Of a stretch of DNA of 64,000 nt, positions 31,537-41,117 are shown in pieces. Where the stretch lies: contig CAMDGV010000002.1 in NCBI GenBank assembly GCA_945898055.1, positions 41,666 through 105,665 of the forward strand, given 5' to 3'. The stretch's first letter is position 1. Each line of letters opens with the position of its first letter. The notes beneath the pieces were generated by a model, which saw only the letters and a program-made list of their open reading frames with translations, was not told the origin of the DNA and ran no database searches. The translations under genes were made by a program, and so were the position numbers. This stretch comes from Akkermansia muciniphila (GTDB lineage: Bacteria > Verrucomicrobiota > Verrucomicrobiia > Limisphaerales > UBA9464).

Positions 31537-34500
31537 ATCTCCGCGCCCTCAAAAGCGCGGCCCCGTTGAAGTACGCTTATTGCCGAGGTCATGGCACAGA
31601 CCGACCGTATCTCCGCGCCCTCAAAAGCGCGGCCCCGTTGAAGTTCGAAATCCAGCGGAGAGCCAGAAGGAGGCGCATACATCTCCGCGCCCTCAAAAGC
31701 GCGGCCCCGTTGAAGTCACAGTCAAGCCCTCAATTCCTTTGATTTTCTTTTGATCTCCGCGCCCTCAAAAGCGCGGCCCCGTTGAAGTATCGGGATCGCC
31801 ACATCAGCAACCGCAACAGGAGTCAGATCTCCGCGCCCTCAAAAGCGCGGCCCCGTTGAAGTAAGTCTGAACGTGATCGTAGTCTCTGGCGTCAGTTGGA
31901 TCTCCGCGCCCTCAAAAGCGCGGCCCCGTTGAAGTCACGCTATTCGACTGGCACTGCGCCGCCGAGGAATGATCTCCGCGCCCTCAAAAGCGCGGCCCCG
32001 TTGAAGTCTCGATCATGCAGGGCCCGTATAGCCCGCACGGCAATATCTCCGCGCCCTCAAAAGCGCGGCCCCGTTGAAGTAACGGCTGAGTTGAGGCGTT
32101 CTGCGACTGATTACGGCGATCTCCGCGCCCTCAAAAGCGCGGCCCCGTTGAAGTTTGTTCATCGGGGTCGCAGCGTCCGTCTTTAAAGATTATCTCCGCG
32201 CCCTCAAAAGCGCGGCCCCGTTGAAGTCGGGCGGGCCTGTATCTATGGAGTCGCTAGCCGAGGCATCTCCGCGCCCTCAAAAGCGCGGCCCCGTTGAAGT
32301 CCGTTGTCTCAGTTGAACGGTGGTGGTCAATGGTGTGAATCTCCGCGCCCTCAAAAGCGCGGCCCCGTTGAAGTATCACGGATTCCATCCAGTTCATAAT
32401 TATCGATGCGATCTCCGCGCCCTCAAAAGCGCGGCCCCGTTGAAGTTCGTGCAAAGAGGCCACCATTGGCTTTGTGAGCACCATCTCCGCGCCCTCAAAA
32501 GCGCGGCCCCGTTGAAGTGGTGTGGGCTCGGTGCGAGAGTACTCTGGAATTTACGATCTCCGCGCCCTCAAAAGCGCGGCCCCGTTGAAGTGAGACTTGT
32601 TTCATTCTGTTTTTTGGCTCGGGTTTTATCTCCGCGCCCTCAAAAGCGCGGCCCCGTTGAAGTACGAAGTGATAGCAATGGACCCACCTTGGGCCTACGA
32701 TCTCCGCGCCCTCAAAAGCGCGGCCCCGTTGAAGTGGGGTCCGCTGAGACTGCTGGTTTTCCTCCAAGTCCAGTCATCGCCGCGCCCTCAAAAGCGCGGC
32801 CCCGTTGAAGTAGCGACGATGAAGCCGCTGTGTTGTCTGCCCTATGGGATCTCCGCGCCCTCAAAAGCGCGGCCCCGTTGAAGTGACGAGGGTGCGATTT
32901 CCACGGCTGAGTCGGCAATGATCTCCGCGCCCTCAAAAGCGCGGCCCCGTTGAAGTACCGACACCAGGACGATGAGCCAATAGGGTGAGGGTCATCTCCG
33001 CGCCCTCAAAAGCGCGGCCCCGTTGAAGTGCGACGCAGAATTTACTCGCATACTTGAACGCCATATCTCCGCGCCCTCAAAAGCGCGGCCCCGTTGAAGT
33101 GTCCTGGCTCATTTTTGCTGGAGCAACAAATGCCCGATCTCCGCGCCCTCAAAAGCGCGGCCCCGTTGAAGTAATTTGCAATCGTTTCCAATCAGGTCCA
33201 TTCTTTGGGTATCTCCGCGCCCTCAAAAGCGCGGCCCCGTTGAAGTCAGTTGGTCCGCAATTGTCCCCCATGATTTACCGCTCATCTCCGCGCCCTCAAA
33301 AGCGCGGCCCCGTTGAAGTGCAGTGCTGTTTCGCGGGATGTATTTGTCCCCATAGATCTCCGCGCCCTCAAAAGCGCGGCCCCGTTGAAGTTTGCAGCCT
33401 ACAAATCAAGCGTCGAAGCCTACAACGCATCTCCGCGCCCTCAAAAGCGCGGCCCCGTTGAAGTTCATCCCCCAGTATGAGGTTTGCTGCTCGCACAACA
33501 CATCTCCGCGCCCTCAAAAGCGCGGCCCCGTTGAAGTGTGCCACAACTCCAGCAATCAAATGATCTCTGTAGTGTATCTCCGCGCCCTCAAAAGCGCGGC
33601 CCCGTTGAAGTACTGGGAGCGAGAATCCTTCGCGAAGAAGTTTGATACATCTCCGCGCCCTCAAAAGCGCGGCCCCGTTGAAGTGTTTGGGTTGGCATAA
33701 TGGTCGTAGCTCATATATTCATCTCCGCGCCCTCAAAAGCGCGGCCCCGTTGAAGTCACTTGTCCAATAGGAGATCGGCCATTCGGCGGTTAATCTCCGC
33801 GCCCTCAAAAGCGCGGCCCCGTTGAAGCCTGGCATGCGTCCGGTGCATGAGTTGCAGTCTATGCGATCTCCGCGCCCTCAAAAGCGCGGCCCCGTTGAAG
33901 CATTGGATGCTCAAAATTACCGTCTCACCTTCAACCCATCTCCGCGCCCTCAAAAGCGCGGCCCCGTTGAAGCCGGTAAATGCAGTCGAGAACTCCTCAT
34001 CGTTTTTAGATCTCCGCGCCCTCAAAAGCGCGGCCCCGTTGAAGCAATTTATCGCGTGAAAACTATAGACGATCTCAATCTATCTCCGCGCCCTCAAAAG
34101 CGCGGCCCCGTTGAAGCTGGTTGCGGCCTCCCCTCCCCTGCCGACGGGGGGCGAGATCTCCGCGCCCTCAAAAGCGCGGCCCCGTTGAAGCTCTAGGTGC
34201 CATATAATTGAATGCGTTGAAACCGACACATCTCCGCGCCCTCAAAAGCGCGGCCCCGTTGAAGCCCATTAGCTCATGCCCCTAATCGTGTTAGGCTCTC
34301 GATCTCCGCGCCCTCAAAAGCGCGGCCCCGTTGAAGCTAACTCTCGTGTCTGTTATCATTGAGGCTTCTTTCATCTCCGCGCCCTCAAAAGCGCGGCCCC
34401 GTTGAAGCACCTATCCCGTCGTGGGTTCACCCGCTCGGAGATAAATCTCCGCGCCCTCAAAAGCGCGGCCCCGTTGAAGCTAGGCTAAGACTCCGCATCG

Positions 34501-36082
34501 TTGTTCGTGGAGTTCGTCATCTCCGCGCCCTCAAAAGCGCGGCCCCGTTGAAGCGCTAGGCGGGCCGCTTGGATTGCGGCTAATTCTGCGGATCTCCGCG
34601 CCCTCAAAAGCGCGGCCCCGTTGAAGCACGGCGTGCAAGAAATTATTGAAAACATCTACTGCCCATCTCCGCGCCCTCAAAAGCGCGGCCCCGTTGAAGC
34701 ATACCTTGCGGGGAAACTCCGCGGAAAAGCCAAGCAGATCTCCGCGCCCTCAAAAGCGCGGCCCCGTTGAAGCTTTCAAGCATCAGTTGACACAATTCAG
34801 GAATTGAGCAATCTCCGCGCCCTCAAAAGCGCGGCCCCGTTGAAGCACCGCTTCTTTAGAACCTTGGGCCGGAGCTTCTCGTATCTCCGCGCCCTCAAAA
34901 GCGCGGCCCCGTTGAAGCGAAGCCAGCCCCATTGCTGGTTAGCTGGTACGTTGGCATCTCCGCGCCCTCAAAAGCGCGGCCCCGTTGAAGCATGGAGAAG
35001 GACGTCTGGGAGAAGAACGGATGGACCTATCTCCGCGCCCTCAAAAGCGCGGCCCCGTTGAAGCAATTAGGACAAGTTGTTTAGCAATGCCGTTTGCAAG
35101 TTATCTCCGCGCCCTCAAAAGCGCGGCCCCGTTGAAGCAAAAAAGTAGGGTAGAGATAGCGGGGAGGGGTATCGAATCTCCGCGCCCTCAAAAGCGCGGC
35201 CCCGTTGAAGCCGCTCACGCCATCAGGTGATGGCCTCAGCGGCCCGCAGATCTCCGCGCCCTCAAAAGCGCGGCCCCGTTGAAGCGGGGCCGCAGCGGCT
35301 GATACTACTCAAGCGGAAGTATATCTCCGCGCCCTCAAAAGCGCGGCCCCGTTGAAGCTCAACGAGGCTCGTATAGAGTTCTCGGGCCGCTGAATATCTC
35401 CGCGCCCTCAAAAGCGCGGCCCCGTTGAAGCCAAACTCATTAGCCCAGCGAGATGCTGGTTTACCGGATCTCCGCGCCCTCAAAAGCGCGGCCCCGTTGA
35501 AGCAACCGAAAAGCCTCCATCCCGTGTTAGGAGATGGAGATCTCCGCGCCCTCAAAAGCGCGGCCCCGTTGAAGCAGGGTGAGCAACTCATTGCGGGCCG
35601 CTACTAAATTTATCTCCGCGCCCTCAAAAGCGCGGCCCCGTTGAAGCTATGTTCATTGTTTTTTATTTTCCCCTTCAACCGAAATCTCCGCGCCCTCAAA
35701 AGCGCGGCCCCGTTGAAGCACGATGCCGGGAGACGGAGACCGAGACGCCGTTTGCGAATCTCCGCGCCCTCAAAAGCGCGGCCCCGTTGAAGCCCAGTCT
35801 CGCGGCTATCACGTTGTCTTCGTCCAAACTATCTCCGCGCCCTCAAAAGCGCGGCCCCGTTGAAGCCCATCGTAGCTAACCAGTCGCGGTTAGCGGACGT
35901 TATCTCCGCGCCCTCAAAAGCGCGGCCCCGTTGAAGCGCGGTGTACGGAGAGTCATTCAGTGCAGCGGTTGCACATCTCCGCGCCCTCAAAAGCGCGGCC
36001 CCGTTGAAGCGATGCTCCAGCGTCCCTCATAATTTGGTCAACCTCAATCTCCGCGCCCTCAAAAGCGCGGCCCCGTTGAAGC
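31537..36082 (+). CRISPR. CRISPR array of 63 repeats (36 nt) and 62 spacers (35-40 nt)
   Basis: I located every repeat by hand. The consensus is ATCTCCGCGCCCTCAAAAGCGCGGCCCCGTTGAAGY, with an internal 6-bp stem CCGCGC/GCGCGG and loop CCTCAAAA. The first repeat is 31537-31572 and the last is 36047-36082. Repeats 1-31 end in T and repeats 32-63 end in C. Repeat 18 (32776-32811) has T4G. All spacers look unique by eye. Confidence 0.97.
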
Positions 36083-36334
36083 ACCGGGGAAATAGGGGTC
36101 AGTGTGCATTTCCTTTCATTTTTGTGTTAAGGGATTTTGTTTGGAGTGATTAAGCAAACGGGTTATGTGATGAAATTTGTGTAAATGTTTTTTCTGTTTG
36201 GTTTTTGTTTTCTGTTTTGGTGATTTCTGGGGCGCTCGATAGCGAGCTAAAACTAGCAGGGGGGCGGCCTGTGAGCCGACAGCTCGCGCCCCTCTGCGGT
36301 CGAACTATTGAGGCTTTCCGCGGACATGGGAGGC

Positions 36335-36615
36335 TCAATTGGGTCGAGGCATCCGGTCCCCAAATTCAATGGCGAAGCGGTTCAGTGCTGCGCTCCAGTT
36401 GGGAATCGGCATCGTCCACTTTTTACTGATCCGATCCAAGGCCATGTAATAGAGCTTGAAGATCGATTCCTCATGGGGAAACACCCCACGATTCTTGCTG
36501 ATTTTGCGCAAGGACCGGTTGACCGATTCAATCGCGTTGGTGGTGTAGATGGCGTGGCGGATCTCGGCCGGATATTTCAGGCGTGACTCGAAGATCAACG
36601 CCGGAGGTCTTAGTC
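36335..36615 (-). mobile_element. IS256-family (Mutator-type) transposase C-terminal stub
   Basis: ...KYPAEIRHAIYTTNAIESVNRSLRKISKNRGVFPHEESIFKLYYMALDRISKKWTMPIPNWSAALNRFAIEFGDRMP matches the IS256 C-terminal consensus (IYTTNaIEslN..lRK.tk.rg.FP...a..Kl.yla...i.kkWt.pi.nW..al..f). The frame closes with a TGA just upstream, so about 300 aa of N-terminus is missing. Confidence 0.8.
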
Positions 36616-36766
36616 ATCTTCGCACCCGAGCCGGTCAAGGCTCGTCCTTTACCCTCTTCTTTCCCCGCAGAACCGATCTCTTGAACTCAGCCAACCCATA
36701 ACTGCAAAAAAAACTCTCTTTCTAGCCTTAGTTCGCAACCGCTGGCTTGCTCAGTTCGGCATTCCG

Positions 36767-38797
36767 TTGAACTATCTCCCCATGATCCGCCCGCTGGTTT
36801 GTGCCTCACTCTTATTGTTTCTCGTCGGCTTTACTGAGCCCGTAAGGGCCGATGCTCAATCCGACACTTTACGTATTGCCTCTCTGGAACGGTTGATTCG
36901 CGACCCAAATCCACGAGTTCGACTAGAAGCTCTTCGTTCCTTAGCTCGCCTCAAGACAGCCGAGTCAGCTCAGCTTGCTCTGCAAGTTCTCGAGTTTCCG
37001 ATGGATCCCACCTTGGATTACGCTCTCTGGCTCACGATCAATGATCTTTCTGAACCGTGGATCGCCGCGCTTCAGTCAGGGCGTTGGGATCCGACCGGCC
37101 GCGATAAAGAACTCGCTTTTGCCCTTAAATCGATTCGCCCCGAACAGGCCAGCCGAGTGCTCGGGAAAGCTCTCGCCGATAATCGGCTCACCCGCGAAGG
37201 CTCAGGACCGTGGATCGAACTGATCGGTGCCGCCGGTGCAGGGGCCGAACTAAGCCTTCTCTATACTCGGTTATTGGAGGATAGCTTCTCACCTGCGGCC
37301 GCCACTCGTGCCCTTCAATCCTTAGGCGAAGCTTCCCGTAACCGTCGCATCCGTCCCACTGGCGATCTCAAAGCAATCCTCAAGCTGATTGGTTCCAAAA
37401 ATCCTGAAGTCCGCGCCGCTGCCCTTCAACTCGCTGGACTCTGGAAATCGTTAAGCCCAACTGAACTTAACCTCGTCGGTCTCGCTGAATCCGATCCCTC
37501 TGACACGGTCAAGGCCACCGCTTTCGATGTCCTTCGCACCTCAGGCGATCCCTCAACTCCTGCTAGCCTCGCTCGACTCGCTACCTCGAAGGATCCATCA
37601 ACCCAAATCCGTGCCGCTCTCGCTTGGGCTGCTCTTGATCTCAATGCCGCTGCTAAGCCCATTGTAGAGGTGCTTAAAACCCTCGATGACGAGTCACGTG
37701 CTATCGACTTTTGGCGGGCCGTTCTTTCCATCAAAGGCGCTGGAAAAATTATTACTAACCTTCTGCCTGAGTCCGGTCTCCCTCCAGCCTCCGCTCGGGC
37801 CGGGGTCCGCGCCGCACGCGAAGGCGGTCGCAGCGACGTCGAATTAGCGAGTGCCATCGCCCGGGCCGGAGGGTTGGCCACAGACGCTCAAGCCTTCACC
37901 ACTCAGTGGATTCGTGATCTCGCTGCCAAAACCGTCGCCTCAGGAGATCCTCTCCGCGGCGAATCCATCTATCGCCGCCCAGAACTGGCTTGCCTGACCT
38001 GCCATGCCATCGGTGGTGCGGGCGGCCGCGTCGGTCCCGATATGACCTCGATTGGTGCGAGTGCCCCACTTGATTACCTTATTGAATCGGTCCTCAAACC
38101 CGACGCCAAAATCAAAGAAGGTTACCACGGCGTAATCGTCGATACCAAGGACGGCCAAACTCTCTCTGGAACCGTGGTACGCGAAAGTGGAACTGAACTC
38201 GTCCTTCGCAGTCCCGCTAATCAAGAGATGGTTCTGCTCAAATCAACCATCGAACATCAAGCCAATGCGACGACCTCGCTCATGCCCGGAGGCCTCATTG
38301 ATGTCCTCAGTGAATCCGAACAGGCTGATCTTTTTGCCTTCCTATCGCGCCTCGGTAAACCCGGCGACTTTGACGCCTCGCGGGGTGGAGTCGCTCGACG
38401 CTGGCGCCTCGCTAATCTCGTCCACACCGACGTACAAAACGGTCAGGGTGACTGGATGTGGTCGGCAAAGGTCACCGATCGACGCTGGACTGAAATTTAT
38501 TCTCGGGTCAATGGAGACTTAACCCGATCTCTCATGGAAGGGGGAACCAAGGCGAATTTTTGGATCTCGAAATTGGCGGTCCTTGCAATGACTGAAATTA
38601 CCCTTCCCCAAGCCGGTCGAGCCAGCTTCTCTCTCATCGCCAATCCCACAACTGAACTTTGGATTGATGGTAAAAAGGTCTCAGGCCCTCTTCAACTCAC
38701 CGCCGGTCTCCATCGGGTCATTGTCAAACTCGATCCGTCTCGGGTTCCCGAGCGTATCCGACTGGAGACCGCCGACGCCTCCTTTAAACTCGACTGA
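36767..38797 (+). CDS. HEAT-repeat / c-type heme-binding domain protein (PVC-type putative heme-binding domain)
   Basis: 676 aa. Signal peptide, HEAT-like repeats (DPNPRVRLEALRSLARL; NPEVRAAALQLAG), and the heme motif CLTCHAIGGAGGRVGPDMTSIG followed by LIESVLKPDAKIKEGY. Confidence 0.7.
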   Translation: MNYLPMIRPLVCASLLLFLVGFTEPVRADAQSDTLRIASLERLIRDPNPRVRLEALRSLARLKTAESAQLALQVLEFPMDPTLDYALWLTINDLSEPWIAALQSGRWDPTGRDKELAFALKSIRPEQASRVLGKALADNRLTREGSGPWIELIGAAGAGAELSLLYTRLLEDSFSPAAATRALQSLGEASRNRRIRPTGDLKAILKLIGSKNPEVRAAALQLAGLWKSLSPTELNLVGLAESDPSDTVKATAFDVLRTSGDPSTPASLARLATSKDPSTQIRAALAWAALDLNAAAKPIVEVLKTLDDESRAIDFWRAVLSIKGAGKIITNLLPESGLPPASARAGVRAAREGGRSDVELASAIARAGGLATDAQAFTTQWIRDLAAKTVASGDPLRGESIYRRPELACLTCHAIGGAGGRVGPDMTSIGASAPLDYLIESVLKPDAKIKEGYHGVIVDTKDGQTLSGTVVRESGTELVLRSPANQEMVLLKSTIEHQANATTSLMPGGLIDVLSESEQADLFAFLSRLGKPGDFDASRGGVARRWRLANLVHTDVQNGQGDWMWSAKVTDRRWTEIYSRVNGDLTRSLMEGGTKANFWISKLAVLAMTEITLPQAGRASFSLIANPTTELWIDGKKVSGPLQLTAGLHRVIVKLDPSRVPERIRLETADASFKLD

Positions 38798-39096
38798 TCG
38801 AAGTAAGCATCGGTCAAGAATCCTAGTTCACTCGCTAGCGAAGGTAGACTCGCCTGAGTCCGGTGGTGGACAGACCTGAGGGGTCGGGTGTTCCCTAGGC
38901 CGAGACAAATCGAAAGAGGATGAACACTGGGTCGCACTCCAGGTTCAGCCATCTGCACTTGGATTTCTGTGAGTCCACACCGTTGCACGGACGGTTCCGC
39001 TGAGCTGAACCGCACAGTTTCTACCCCGGCAGATGGAGAGGGACCTAGGGCTCCGTGTCGGCATAGTTTCCGATACTTATTTTTATCGTAACTTTA

Positions 39097-41010
39097 TTGT
39101 CACATTTAAGTCAAAACGGCGTGCTTCTTCGCCCTATTCTCCTCGGCCTTACCCTTATAGCGAGTCTCTCTAGCTACGCAGCCGCTCCCAAAAGTGGAAC
39201 TGATCTCTTTAATCTGTCGCGGATTTGGAATGTCACCTTCAATTTTTCTTCCAATCAATGGTCCTCCATCAAACCTGGAGAAGTTCAGGGAGGCCGATTC
39301 GGTGGCAGACCCGGCAACGGTGCCCCGGCAATGGGACCTGGCAATTTTATAGCTCCTGGGCTCCTTAATGCCCTCGATTCGGATCATAATGGGGTCCTCA
39401 CCCAAGGCGAGGTAACCAAGACCTTTGAACGTTGGGCCGTCGAATGGGACACTCGAAAATCGGGACTGCTTAACGCCGACGATCTTCGTGCCGGTCTCAA
39501 TAAAGCTCTCAGCCAACCTGGAGGGCCGGGCGGGGGTGGCGGCGGACCGGGACTCCAAGCGCGAGCTGGAGGTCGCAATGGAATCAGCGGGGCATCGGGG
39601 ATTGACTTTAAATTCGTCGAAGGCCAGCTGACTTTTGAAGAGACAGACTTACCTCGAGTGGCGGTCCGGTATAAAGGCAACGGTACCTATATGGATGCTC
39701 GAAACACCGAGAAGAAATCCCTCAAAGTTGATCTCAATGCGTTCACAAAAAAACAAAAGATCGCCGGGCTCTCGAAACTCAATTTTCATAACAATATTAC
39801 TGATCCGGGCTGGATGAATGAGCCTCTAGGTCACCAACTTTACCGTGACGCCGGCGTTCCAGCGCCACGAACCACCTATGCCCGGGTGAATATAACGGTT
39901 CCAGGTACTTGGACTAACGCCTATTTCGGCCTCTATTCAATCGTGGAAAATCCAGATTCAGCTTGGGCTGAAGATCGTTTTGGGACGAAAAATGGAGCTA
40001 TCTTTAAACCGGTTACCCGCGCGCTTTTTAATTATCAAGGCGAGGACTGGGCCAAGTATCAACAAATCTATGATCCCAAGACAACGCTCACCGAGGAGCA
40101 AAAACGGCGGGTTCTAGACTTCTCCAAACTGATCACTCAGGCCGACGATGAGGAACTCGCTCGACGCCTCCCTGAATTTCTCGAGATTGACCCTTTCGCT
40201 CGCTACTTGGCCGTCACTGTTTGGCTCAGTAGCACCGACTCCATCCTGACCATCGGTCAGAACTACCTCGTTTATCTCCATCCCAAAACCCAGCGTTTCC
40301 ACTTTGCTCCTTGGGATCTCGATCGTGCTTTCGGCAATTTCTTCTTTCCCTCACCGGAAGAACTTTCCATCCGTGAAGCTTGGAATTCCGACAATCGATT
40401 CCTTGAACGGGTCATGAAAGTCGAAGGGGTCCGGAAGGCCTATCTTGGGGCGATGGAAGAATTCCAGAAAAACATCTTTCAGCCCACTCGCCTCGCCGCC
40501 CAAGTGAATGCTCTGGCAAAACTTCTTCGACCGGCCATCCAAATGGAGAGTTCAGAAGCAGCCTCTCGATTCGATAGCGTGGTTGCGGATAAACCAACCC
40601 CCCCAACCCAAGAAACAGCGCAGGACCGTCCGCAGGGTGGGTTCGGACGTCGCTCACCTCCGCCGATCAAATCATTCACACTGGCACGTCACCGTTCAGT
40701 GGCCGATCAACTCGCCGGTAAATCCCAAGGGAAACCTTTGTCTGGCGGCCCGGGCGGCCCGGGCGGGCGTGGTGGACGAGGGGGACCGGGTGGTAATTTT
40801 GGACCTGGAAATTTTATTGGGCCGGTGCTTTTGACGGCGGCGGATCTCGACGCCGATGGATTCATCAATCGCAAAGAAATGCTCACTTTAGGTGCCAAGT
40901 GGTTTAGTGAATGGGATCGCAAAGGGACGGGCAATGTAACCCAAGAAGACCTTGCTACTGGACTAAACCTCCTGCTGCCGAGACCTAATTTTGGAACTGA
41001 AGGTCGTTAA
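39097..41010 (+). CDS. CotH-family kinase-like protein flanked by two EF-hand modules, secreted
   Basis: Signal peptide. The CotH core reads KKSLKVDLNAF...LSKLNFHNNITDPGWMNEPLGHQLYRDAGVPAPRTTYARVNI...YFGLYSIVENPD. EF-hand loops are DSDHNGVLTQGE (N-terminal) and DLDADGFINRKE (C-terminal). There are Gly-rich linkers. Confidence 0.8.
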   Translation: MSHLSQNGVLLRPILLGLTLIASLSSYAAAPKSGTDLFNLSRIWNVTFNFSSNQWSSIKPGEVQGGRFGGRPGNGAPAMGPGNFIAPGLLNALDSDHNGVLTQGEVTKTFERWAVEWDTRKSGLLNADDLRAGLNKALSQPGGPGGGGGGPGLQARAGGRNGISGASGIDFKFVEGQLTFEETDLPRVAVRYKGNGTYMDARNTEKKSLKVDLNAFTKKQKIAGLSKLNFHNNITDPGWMNEPLGHQLYRDAGVPAPRTTYARVNITVPGTWTNAYFGLYSIVENPDSAWAEDRFGTKNGAIFKPVTRALFNYQGEDWAKYQQIYDPKTTLTEEQKRRVLDFSKLITQADDEELARRLPEFLEIDPFARYLAVTVWLSSTDSILTIGQNYLVYLHPKTQRFHFAPWDLDRAFGNFFFPSPEELSIREAWNSDNRFLERVMKVEGVRKAYLGAMEEFQKNIFQPTRLAAQVNALAKLLRPAIQMESSEAASRFDSVVADKPTPPTQETAQDRPQGGFGRRSPPPIKSFTLARHRSVADQLAGKSQGKPLSGGPGGPGGRGGRGGPGGNFGPGNFIGPVLLTAADLDADGFINRKEMLTLGAKWFSEWDRKGTGNVTQEDLATGLNLLLPRPNFGTEGR

Positions 41011-41117
41011 TCTGAAGGTCATGCTTTTGCGACATCAAAAGGCTCTGCACCTCTTCGAATTTATGAGCGACAAATTCTAGCGGTAGCCAAGGAAGCCACC
41101 GCTGTTGCTTACCGAAA

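Noticed and set aside
31573-36046. Self-targeting spacers, that is, spacers matching the IS, integrase or other parts of this window
   Set aside because: I listed all 62 spacers and found no obvious match by eye to the mobile-element fragments or elsewhere in the window. Only a chance 9-mer is shared between two spacers. This check is not exhaustive and needs BLAST.
31452-36153. About 25 ORFs of 60-162 aa on both strands across the array (e.g. 32320-32808, 162 aa) with recurring LRALKSAAPLK / SPRPQKRGPVE / LQRGRAFEGAEI peptides
   Set aside because: They are translations of the 36-nt CRISPR repeat in different frames, joined by spacers that happen to lack stops. They are not genes.
36083-36230. 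AT-rich, T-tract-rich flank at the cas-distal end of the array as an alternative leader, which would imply minus-strand transcription
   Set aside because: Three points favour the cas2-side leader. The plus-orientation repeat ends with the canonical-looking GTTGAAGC/T. The stem-loop is followed by a handle-length tail. The more canonical C-type repeat sits in the distal block, consistent with that block being older. I kept this alternative as a caveat in the array finding.
38692-39015. 107-aa minus-strand ORF overlapping the end of the HEAT/cytochrome gene and the structured intergenic region
   Set aside because: It has no motifs and overlaps a supported CDS. The region is better explained by RNA-level structure.
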